Position numbers and translations under genes: made by a program
Source of the DNA: Octopus sinensis
Lineage: Eukaryota
DNA length: 64,000 bases
Direction: 5' to 3'
Assembly: GCF_006345805.1 (NCBI RefSeq)
Contig: NC_043005.1
Coordinates: 28,706,001 to 28,770,000 of the forward strand
Notes under the pieces: generated by a model
Seen by the model: only the letters and a program-made list of their open reading frames with translations
Told to the model about the DNA's origin: nothing
The model's database searches: none
Part shown: in pieces, positions 53,379-64,000 of the stretch
How positions within the stretch are numbered: the stretch's first letter is position 1
Layout of the letters: every line of letters begins with the position of its first letter

Positions 53379-53515
53379 CCTTAAGAACAAGAACCCAGGG
53401 ATGGGTTCAAAATTCTACCAGGACACCTGATGAAGGCTGAAGAGTAAATCAGCCGAAACATTGTGGTAATAACAAACAAGATGAAGACACATATCTGTTC
53501 AATGTAAATGATGTA
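53379..53515 (+). ncRNA. Inverted partial copy of family A with intact HHR core
   Basis: cac CTGATGA a ggctg aagagtaaat cagcc GAAA catt gtg. Confidence 0.75.
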
Positions 53516-53794
53516 CAAACTGAAGCTATCAGCTTTTGGACATCGAATGTCCTATATTATTTTATCAAGTTGCAGTTACAATTTTCCAAAAGACAAGAAT
53601 AACAGATTGATTGTGATAAGAACACACAATCAAAATGGATCACCTCACAAAAAGGAAAATATCGACAGGCTCTGGAAAAATATTGAACGTTTGGATACTA
53701 CCATTAAATGCAAAGTGAATAATGAAGTGATGAACAAGCAGCTATGATAGACTGTCTAAAGTCTTTGGAAATTACCAATGGAGAATACACACTA

Positions 53795-54120
53795 TTAAAC
53801 AAATTACCTTTAAACATCAGCTATGTAGTGTATAAAATGTACACCGGTTACTTGAATATATTTATCCAAGATCAAAGTTAAATAAACAATGAGGTGATTA
53901 AAGAGCAGACAGGGGGAAATACAGGTGTCTAGGACTGTCCCAAACAATTTCTCATCAACAAAGCTGTCCTTAAAGAACTGAAGCAACTCTGCCAAAGTTG
54001 ACTGGATGTATGGCCAAACTTTAAAAAAACATTTGGTGCTATTTCTTATTCTTGGATACCAGTCATTATGCCTTGTCAAGGTTTCATTTGCTGTAGTTAA
54101 TGTCTTTAAAGAACTGTCAA
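53795..54120 (+). mobile_element. Decayed RT fragment of an R4/Dong-like (REL-type) non-LTR element
   Basis: VYKMYTGYLN...EQTGGNTGV*DCPKQFLINKAVLKE...WPNFKKTFGAISYSW resembles EQxG..GCxEQLLINK..WLDYKKAFDSxxHSW. Confidence 0.6.
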
Positions 54121-54505
54121 CAACATAACTATTGATCAGAACTGAAGCCACTATCATAATTATAAAGAGAACTATTGACAAAAATATTCCAGGTTGAGAG
54201 TTTGTCTTTATTGCGTTTCATCCTGGTGGAGAATTCCTGTTGAGGAAAAGCAAAGCTACATGTTAGGTTCTGCAGAGAAGAGAATAATTATTACCAACAC
54301 CTTTTTGTTTGTAACAAAACTGTACTCAATATTCACAACACCAAGAGACAGAACTAATCCCAACATTCTTACAAGAGATTGTTGACCAGGCAAGGAATAT
54401 GGATATCAAGGGTGTCAAAGTGCAGGCACAGAACAATAGTTGATTTGACTGTTCATACACTATATAAATATATACATATATTTATATCTATGTTTACACA
54501 CACTC

Positions 54506-54537
<32 letters not shown>

Positions 54538-54540
54538 TAT

Positions 54541-55694
54541 ATCAAAGGAAGGCTAACTGGAAAGACAGATTTGTGTGTGGCAGATGCACAGGAGCAATAA
54601 ACACTGAAAATGTTCCATCACATGCCAGGGGGAAGAACTAGAAGTAGTTGTTAGCTTCCATTACCTAGGTAACCAAGTCAGTAGAGGGATAGATGCTCTG
54701 AGAGTGTAGCTACTAGAATAAGAATAGCCTGGGCAAAGGTCAGAGAGATCCTACTTCTGCTGGCAACAAAGAGCCTCTCACTCAGAGTAAAAGGTAAACT
54801 GTATGGTGCATGTGTGCAAAAAACCATGCTACATGGCAGTGAAACATGGGCTGTGACTGCTGAGGACATGCGTAAGCTTGCAAGAAATGAAGCTAGTATG
54901 CTCCACTGGATGTGTAATATCAGTGTGCATACACGACAGAGTGTAAGCACGCTAAGAGGAAAGTTGGACATAAGAAGCATCAGATATGGTGTGCAAGAGA
55001 GACGACTGTGCTGGTATGGTCATGTGTTGCGTATGAATGAGGACAGCTGTGTGAAAAAGTGTCACACCCTAACTGTGGAGGGAACTTGTAGAAGAGGTAG
55101 ACCCAGGAAGACCTGGGATGAGATAGTGAAGTATGACCTTCGAATGCTGGGCCTCACCAAGGCAATGACAAGTGACTGAAACCTTTGGAGATATGCTTGT
55201 GCTTGAGAAGACCCAACAAGCCAAGTGAGATCATAACTGTGGCTTATGCCAGTGTTGCATAACCAGCCCATTTAACAGTAGACTTCAATCATTGAGCAAT
55301 AAACTATGCTTGTGAAGACATGTTGAGGCAAGTGAAATCATTGTCTTGGCCAATGCCAGTACTACTTGATTGGCACCTGTGCCAGGGGCACATAAAAAGC
55401 ACCATATGAAAGTGGTCGATGTCAGTTTTGCCTGACTGGTCCAATGATGGTGGCATGTAAAAAGCACCAGCCAAACATAGCTGATGCCAGGCCCACCTGA
55501 CTGGCTCCTGTGCCAGTGGAACGTAAAAAGCACCCACTACACTCTGAGTGGTTGGTGTTAAGAAGGGCATCCAGCTGAAGAATCCTTGCCAGATCAGATT
55601 GGAGCCTGGTGCAGCCTTCTGGCTTGCCAATCCTCAGTCAAACCATCCAAACCATACCAGCATGGAAAGTGGATGTTAAACAATGATGATGATG
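54541..55694 (+). mobile_element. 5'-truncated RTE LINE copy
   Basis: MLHGSETWAVT, MLHWMC, WYGHVLR and RGRPRKTW motifs, 3' UTR repeats, (GAT)n tail. Confidence 0.92.
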
Positions 55695-55696
55695 AA

Positions 55697-56382
55697 GTGT
55701 GGCTGTGTAGTAAGAAGTTTGCTTCCCAGCCATAAAATTTGGGGTTCAGTCCCATTGCAGAACACCTTGGACCAACCATTTCCTTGTGAGTGGATTTGGT
55801 TGACAGAAGCTAAAAGAAGCTCATTAGCACTGTGTGTGTGTGTGTGTATGCGTGCGTGCGTGCGCGTGCATGTGTGTGTGTGTGTATGGGTGTGTTTGCT
55901 TTACTGTTTCCTTGCTGTGACATCACATGGTTGTTGTAAGCAAGTCTCCCTGTCAAACAATTGATATCCTTCATTCCAATATGCTGTAAAACACAAGGCA
56001 GCAAGCTGGCAGAAATGTTAGCATGCTGGGCAAAATGCTTAGCAGTATTTCTTGTCTTTATGTTCTGGTTTCAAATTCCGCCAAGGTCAACTTTGTCTCT
56101 CATCTTTTCAGGGATAGATAAATTTAACACCAGTTGCATACTGGGGTTGATTTAATTGACTGGCCCCCTTCCCCCCCAAAAAAATTTCAGGCCTTGTGCC
56201 TAGAGTAGAAAAGAACATGCTATAAAAACACATCTGGTCATGGGGATAAATATTACCTTACTTGGAAACAGGTGAGAGTTGGCAAGAGGAAGAGCAGGTG
56301 ACCATAGAAAATCTGTCTCAACAAATTCCATCAGAGACATGCATGGATGGAAAAGTGGACATTAAAACTATGATGACGATGA

Positions 56383-56384
<2 letters not shown>
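55697..56384 (+). mobile_element. CORE-like SINE with RTE-like tail, interrupted by a Meta-like SINE at ~55996-56215
   Basis: SINE head at 55697. The tail catagaaaatctgtctcaacaaattcc...catggatggaaaagtggacattaaaactatgatgacgatgatg matches that at 9530-9608. Confidence 0.65.
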
Positions 56385-56423
<39 letters not shown>

Positions 56424-56519
56424 AGTAAGGACCTAAATCCTTCGAAGGAATGTCAAACATCCAAGTCTGCTGCCAGTTCAAACCAAGCAAAGAATATTTA
56501 TTGAATGTATAGTTTTTTG

Positions 56520-56947
56520 TATAAGGAAAGGAAAAAATATCAACATAGACAATTGTTTAATACAAAGTTGGTACGAATCCAATACAGATTCTATAAGTTG
56601 TTTCCAGCCTAATTGATTCCAAAACAAAATGAAAAATAATCCTTTTGAAATCACAAATTAGGCTTTTCTTTAAGAATTCATTATTGGAATGAATGGTTTC
56701 AACCAAAAAAAATATAAAGACCTTATTTCTGGGCTATTGTAAAGGTCTTAATATTTTTGTTGGTTGAACCCATTCATTCCAATAATGAATTTCTGAAGAA
56801 ACGCCTGATTTGTGATTTCAAAAGGATTATTTTTCGTTTTGTTTTGGAATCAATTAAGCTGGAAACAACTTATAGAATCTTTATTGGATTCATACCAACT
56901 TTGTATTTAAGGATTGTCTACGCTTAAATGTTTTTCCATTCCTTATA
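56520..56947. mobile_element. Foldback MITE / long hairpin
   Basis: ~205-bp imperfect inverted arms (56520-56725 and ~56738-56947) with a very short loop and TA at both ends. Confidence 0.8.
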
Positions 56948-56980
56948 TTTTATTTACACACACACATATATATATACATA

Positions 56981-58300
56981 CATAAGATGTACCCAGTGTA
57001 AGCTAGGGACACACAAAGGTGCAGCAATTTCAAAGGAAGGCTAACTGGGAAGATAGTTTTTGTGCGTGGCAAATGCTCAGGGGCAATAAACACTGAAAAT
57101 GTGCTGAGAACAGCTTCCGTCACATTCCAGGGAGAAAAACTAGAAGTAGTTGATAGCTTCCATTACCTAGGTGACCAAGTCAGTAACAGGAGTAGATGCT
57201 CTGAGAGTGTAACTGCTAAAATAAGAATAGCTTGGGCAAAGTTCAGAGAGATCCTACCTCTGTTGGTGACAAAGAGCCTCTCGCTCAGAGTAAAAGGAAG
57301 ACTGTATGACGCATGTGTGCAAACAGCCATGCTACATGGCAGTGAAACATGGGCCGTGACTGCTGAGGACATGCGTAAGCCTGCAAGAAAGGAAGCTAGT
57401 ATGCTCCACTGGATGTGTAATGTTAGTGTGCATACATGTCAATGTAAGTGCCCTGAGAGGAAAGTTGGACATAAGAAGCATCAGATGTGGTGTACAAGAG
57501 AGACGAATGTGCTAGTATGATCATGTGTTGTGAATGAATGAGGACAGCTGTGTGAAAAACTGTCACACCCTAACAGTGGAGGGAACCTGGGGAAGAGGAA
57601 GACCTGGGATGAGGTAGTGAAGCATGATCTTTAAACGTTGTGCCTCACAGAGACTGAGACATTTGGAGATATGCTGTGCTTGAGAAGATCAAGTGAGACT
57701 GTAGCTGTGGCCTATGCCATATAACTGGCCCATTTAAGAGTACCCATCAATCATTGGACAATAAACTATGCTTGCCAAGACCTGTTGAGGCAAGTGAAAT
57801 CATTGTCATGGCCAATGACAGTACCACCTGATTGGCACCTGTGTCAATGGAACATTTAAAGCACCATTTTAGCATGATTGTTTCCAGGGCCACTGACTGG
57901 CTCCCGTGCTGGTGGCATGTAAAAAGCACCATTCAAGCATGATCATTGCCAGCATTGCCTGACTGGCTCCTGTGCCAATGGCATGTAAAAAACACCATTC
58001 GAGCATTGTCGTTGCCAGTGCCGCTGGACTGGCTCCTGTGCAGGTGGAATGTAAAAAGCACCATTTGAGCGCGACCGATATCAATACCACCTGACTGGCC
58101 CTTGTGCCAGTGGCACATAAAAGCACCCACTACACTCTCGGAGTGGTTGCTATTAGGAAGGGCATCCAGCTGTAGAGACTTTGCTAGATTAGTTTGGGGC
58201 CTGGTGCAGCCTTCTGGCTCACCAGCCCTCAGTAAAACCATCCAAACCATGCCAGCATGGAAAGCGGACGTTAAACGACGGCGATGATGATAATGATGAT
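56981..58300 (+). mobile_element. 5'-truncated RTE LINE copy with expanded 3' UTR repeats
   Basis: Begins in the PHD-like finger. GEKLEVVDSFHYLG and LHGSETWA motifs, 5-6 tandem ~60-bp UTR units, (GAT)n tail. Confidence 0.92.
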
Positions 58301-58406
58301 ATACATGAAGGCACATGGCCAAAATGGTTAGGGCATTGCACTCACAATTGCAAGATTGTGACTTTGACTCCCAGACCAATGATGTGCAGAGTTCTTGAAC
58401 AAAGTT

Positions 58407-58800
58407 GTAGGAGTGGCTGTGTGGTAAGTAGCTTGCTTACCAACCACATGGTTCCGGGTTCAGTCCCACTGCATGGCATCTTGGGCAAGTGTCTTCTACT
58501 CTAGCCTCAGGCCAACTAAAGCCTTGTGGGTGGATTTGGTAGATGGAAACTGAAAGAAGCCCATCGTATATATGGATTATGTATGTGTGTGTGTATATGT
58601 TTGTGTCTGTCCCCACAACATTGCTTGACAACCGATGCTGGTGTGTTTACATCCCAGTAACTTAGCGGTTCGGCAAAAGAGACTGATAGCATAAGTACTA
58701 CGCTCACAAAGAAAAATCCTGGGGTCGATTTGCTCGACTAAAGGCACTGCTCCAGCATGGCCACAGTCACATGACTGAAACAAGTAAAAGAATAAAAGAA
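58407..58800 (+). mobile_element. Full-length tRNA-derived CORE-like SINE
   Basis: ggagtggctgtgtggtaagtagcttgc...gggttcagtccc...ttgggcaagtgtcttc...cagcatggccacagtc...gaaacaagtaaaagaataaaagaa. Confidence 0.88.
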
Positions 58801-59914
58801 TATACACACACTGATATATGACCTACGTTGGACTCATTCGCATAACTGGAGCTTAACTATGGTCTATCCATAGCACTTACTCAGCATTATCTGACACCTT
58901 TGGGTGTTACTAATACCATTACCTCTCATAACATCTATGTATATATATATATATATATATATATGTATGCATGCATATATATTTTATATCCACCAGTCTA
59001 TATCAGTTCTGCTATTTTTGTTTCATTGTGCTTGCACTGCTAGTTGGATCTTGTTAGTGATTAGATCTTCACCAATGTTAAAAATCTTCCACTCCCATGG
59101 GAAAGAAAGGAATGAATGTATAGAGACGGCACAGAGCAATGAAGAGGACTCTTATTGGGGACAAGACAACTTCTATAGTGCTGGTGCCAATATAAAATGC
59201 ACCAAACAGTCTGTAAAGTGGCTTTGATGGTAGGAGGGACATCCAAGTAATGAAAGCATGGAAAATTTGAGTGAGAAATATTACCTGTCAAGAAGGGCAA
59301 TAACTCCTAATAAGAACTGTGATCGTGATGACTTGTTCAGTTCATATCAAGAGATTGATAGGAAAGGCTGTGTGGTTAAGAAGTTCTCTTTGCAACACAT
59401 GGTTTCTGGTTCAATGACAATGTAACTCGGGCAAGTGTTTTCTAATATAGTTCCAAGTAGAACTGGATTATGAAAACTGTATAGAAGCCATTTTGTGTAT
59501 CTATGAAATATGTGTGCATGTCATCATTTTTCTCTTCTTCACATAAGACTATCAGTGCAAAAACAGTGATATTGTGCTTAGATTTCCAGTGAATGTTAGG
59601 TCTGGTAACTTTGCCCTCTCAAGGTAATGAAATAAAAATTCTCTTATTTGTAAGGAAAGGGTTGACAACAGGAAGAGCATCCAGCCATAAAATACTGCTT
59701 GAAATGAGCACCTGTTCAACATCACCAATGCATCGGAAGAAACAGACATAAAAATGAACAAATGGATAAACATACAATGAATATACCTATGTACAGCGAG
59801 TTGACCGAGTCATTCGAATATTGGCTATACTGTCTTGTGGTCTGAGATTTAAACCCAGTTGAAGTCAACTTCATCCTTTCCAGATTAATAATTGAAATAT
59901 CAATACAAGACAGA

Positions 59915-61050
59915 TTGGAGGAAATGGTCCCATGGAAATTCTGCAAAGTGAAGGTGTCCAGGACTGTTGCCACAGCCACTATCTTCTCAATGTATTCAAA
60001 ACAACTGTCCTTGAGGTTCTTCAACTTAGGAGAAAGTCACAGGAGCAAGGTCTGGACTGTACGGTGGGTGATGGACAGTTTTGATTCCCACCTCTGTCAA
60101 GTAGTTGGTTACTAGGATGGAATTGTGGACTGGTGCATTGTCCTGGTACAGGCATGACCAACCCAAGTGAAAGAGCTCGGGCCTTTTGTAATGAAATTTC
60201 TTCCTAAACTTTCTCAAAACCTTTACAAAGTACACTTTGTTGACCATCTGGCCAGAGGGAACTTGGCAGATATAGATGATATCCTTTCTGTTGAAAAGGG
60301 CACCATCATGAGCCCTCTGTGGACCTGCTTTACCTGGCCTTCTTGGGTCTGGGTGAACCAAGATACTTCCAGTGGGCACCCTGTCTCTTGGTCGCTAGCT
60401 CATAACAGTAAATGGTGCTGTCATCACAGGTCACCAGAGACTCAAGTACTCATGAATTTGAGATAAGCTCAACCAGCTCTCTGCTGTCACCAATGCTTCT
60501 TTCCTTCTGTTCATCACCGAGCACCTTTTGAACAAACTTTGCACATATTCAGACCTTCATGAATAATTGTGCATCCAGTTGGAACACCAGCTCCAAACTG
60601 TATTGTCTTTATAGACACACAGCAGTCTTCATGCAGAAAATTGCATATTTTCTCAACCAGTTCTGATGTCCCCCACATCTCATTGTCTCTCTCATCTCTT
60701 TTCTACCATTCTTGAACCGCTTCTGCCAGTGAAAAACTTATGCTCAGCTCACACAAGTTAATCCATAAGCAATCTGAAGTATTTTGTAAGTTTCTGCCCA
60801 ATTTAACACAAAACTATACAGCAACGCAAGCTTCCATTCATGTCCTGACAGCATTCTGCAAACCTGTCAGCTGTGACAAGCAGCATTTAGAAAGATGGGT
60901 TCAAAGTACAGCCATCTCATTCAATCTGGAATAGTAAAAGTTGGCAGGTCAGCTTATTAGATGTATACTAGTGATATGCTAAAATTACAATAATCTAAGA
61001 CAGTTATATCTGCCTCTCCTAAAAAAGAACTCAAACCTTCTGGAATGCAC
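59915..61050 (-). mobile_element. Decayed mariner transposon
   Basis: QDNAPVH and HPPYSPDLAP mariner catalytic-domain motifs in ORF 60026-60379. Possible terminal-repeat remnant near 61030-61050. Confidence 0.85.
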
Positions 61051-64000
61051 TGTGTGTGTGTGTGTGTGTTATAAAAGTGAATAGTTGAAAGAAAGTAACA
61101 TTAGAAATTACATGCATTTAATAGCATTTTGACTCAGCTTCACATTACTTAAAGTTTCAAGAGCGCATGGGATAAGTCCACCTCATATATTCAGAACATC
61201 TGATAAGGTGGACATGTTCTATATGCCCTCGGACTTTAAATAATGTGGAGTTAAGTCAAAATGTTTTATACATATATATATAGTGTGTGTGTGACTGGAT
61301 GAATGAAACCAACTCTATTAAACTTAATTTTCCATCTCAAAGACTTGATATATTTAACAATGTTAGCAATTCAGATTTATTTTGAATCATACAAAAACAA
61401 TTTCTTTGGGAAATGTTAAAACAGTGAAATATATATATAAAAAGGGGAAAGAAGATGAGGAGGGGTTAGAGTCAATGTAAGAAAAAAAACTGTTATCCAC
61501 AGTGAAGTACAAAAGAAAACACTAGTTTAAACAGTATAACAAAATTAGAGTTGAGATTTTATCATACAACGAGTTTGTGGTTTTTAATAATTTTCTTGGA
61601 TTTCAAAAATTAAAAAGAATATTTAAAATGGTGTGTAGATACACACTAGGAGATAAATTTGTCAAAATACTAAATCACAGTTTTATTCCTTTCTTCAAAG
61701 ACTCAGGTATGAATTTGTCTTTTCAAAGACCTTATTTATAAAACTTCTATTATAAAGCTTCTTTTTTTTTATTTTTTATTACCAAATATCCTACTACAAG
61801 CAGAGAAATGGCTCCTTTTTTTCTTTCAACCACATGGCATATAAAACAGTAGAGCAAGGTCAGCTCTCTCTTGTAAAGATCCTGATATTGTGAGCTCTAG
61901 CATTCAATATCTTCATGATTTAAGTAAATTTAATATTTTACCTTCAACTTTCTTTTACTCAGCAGAAAACTTAAGGTAAAAATATTTTTAAAAAATGAAT
62001 ATTCAGAAAAATTTAATTATTATTTTGTTTTTGTTTATTTTTTTTTTTTGTTAAAAAGTCATAAAACATTTCATGGTATGAGTGTCAAAGTCGGTTTGTA
62101 ATGTAAAGTACTGTTTATATATATGTGTGTGAAATATCCACCCAATAAATGTTATTCATTAATTAACCAATTAAATTAATAAAGGAGTTAGATCTTCATA
62201 ATCGGCTGTAACTGTGTGTTCAAGCTACTGAGTAGAAGCTAATAAAAATCAGCAAATTTGGAAAATTCAGAAATAAAACCATATTCTAGATTGTTAAAAA
62301 AGTTATGGGATTATAAATTTCTCAACTGTGAATCATTGACAAAACAGAACCTGTCGATAATTTATTGAGTGCTCATTTAGCTGAGTCAGAGAAGAAAACC
62401 ATGAAATAAAAGATCTGTCAATGATGAAAATATTGTAGGAACAGCAGATTATTATATTTGTAACTTAATGGGAAAAGATGTGGCATTGCAGAAGACAAGA
62501 AAACTAAAATACACATCTAATTGAATTAATTAGATATTACTTATATATTTAAATTGATTAGATAATACAGATAATTTCCTGAAATAGTCATTTTCATTTC
62601 TCTCCTCATGAAAAACCACAACTTCATGTTTCTAAACTGAGCAGTACATTCAAACACAAAGAATGAAGGATTAAATGGTCGTTAAAACAATGATAATACA
62701 AATTGGAATCCTACAATTAAATATTATCTTCACTTAAATTTCAGCTTTGTCTCTGCAAATAGGGATTGACACAACAACATTGTTGGGTAGAAGCTTAAAG
62801 TGAACAACAGATGATGGGTGGCAGTTGTATCATGAACAGAATTAGAACACAGATAAAAGTGCAACTAAGAATATACATTGTTGTTTTGCTATTAATCTTA
62901 AGTAATAATATTCACTAATATTACTAATAAATCAATATGAATCTTAACTTTAATACTCATTCAATCATTATTAACATGGATCATTAAAGAATTGAACCTA
63001 ACAATCATTAATCTCAAAATCACTTTGTTACAGTCTAATATCTATCTATATATATATATCATATGACATGTTAGCTGGAATAGGGAAACTATCCAAATTT
63101 GAAATTGGTTAAATGTTCTCAGACCCCATAAATGTGAAAATATTTGTTTATAATCATAGTAAAATGGTGTATTTTACGGTTTCAAGACACACCAATCAAT
63201 CACCAGTCTTTCACTTTCATCATATTTCAGCTTCTATTCTTTATATCACACATACATAACATGCAGGAATGAAAACAAAACCATTTTGTTTTTGAATATT
63301 ATTTGCTAACAACAAACAAACACTTCTCTCTTGCTGTCTGGAAAGAGTTTATGAACAGATTATTCCATATATATTTTAATCCCACCTCCACCATATCTAT
63401 ATTGTCTGTGGCATCAGTTAATCCATCTGCTATGATAGTTTACTGTTCTAAGGAAATTGTATTAAAACAAATGCACCAAGTGGATAATATGGACGTTCCT
63501 TTTACTGTACCTAATTTATCAAATGAAATATCACAAACAGAATGTAACAATTAAAATGACATTAGGTAATTATTAAAACTATGTAGGTCATTCTTAAATT
63601 TCATTAAACTGTCTACAATCATAGCTGCTAAATTAATTAGATTCTAAGATGTTTCCCATTAAAATAATGTAAAAACATGTTAGGACGATTGTTTCTGTTT
63701 TCTGCCTCAAACTGGTTCTTATGAAGTTTATTGTTTTATTTTGAAAATTTAAATAGATAGTTCATTCATAACTTCTTTCATGGGGTTATTCCTTGTTGTA
63801 AACATTCAATTGCACCATAAGCTATCTTGCTGTATTGGACATTCATTTCTCTCAGGTCATTTTTGCTTAGATTATGCAAATTACCAAGGCTATAAACATG
63901 TTCTATTCTTTTTTTGTATAAATACCTTTGGCTACTGGAGATACAGTCTGACAATTGTCATATTGATGACAGCTACTGAGACAGAAACATGCATCCATCT

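Noticed and set aside
53810-54181. 123-aa minus-strand ORF with a signal-peptide-like start
   Set aside because: It is antisense to recognisable R4-like RT motifs on the plus strand.
57800-58130. Repeat-spacer-like pattern resembling a CRISPR array
   Set aside because: The spacers are homologous to one another, the units lie within an RTE 3' UTR, the context is eukaryotic and there are no cas genes.

Overview
AT-rich, microsatellite-dense eukaryotic DNA. The SINE/RTE/Penelope repeat content suggests a coleoid cephalopod such as Octopus (inference). The only clearly recognisable host gene is the 3' end of a + strand diacylglycerol kinase theta (DGKQ/dgk-1-like). It has three coding exons (1964-2129, 6484-6582, 11796-11921) and probably an intron just after the stop codon. 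The rest is intronic or intergenic and filled with tRNA-derived SINEs, RTE and CR1/L2-type LINE fragments, an R4-like RT remnant, a mariner remnant, piggyBac-type MITEs and a young 1.9-kb foldback element with an 8-bp TSD. The most striking signal is nine hammerhead-ribozyme (HHR) motifs of four unrelated sequence families between 26.6 and 53.5 kb. Eight sit in outward-facing inverted pairs typical of Penelope-like element (PLE) integration. Two families are linked to GIY-YIG coding sequence. One family is a ~290-nt non-coding element with a tRNA-like Pol III head fused to a minimal HHR. Most ORFs in the supplied track are microsatellite or antisense artefacts. Repeat boundaries were read by eye and are approximate.
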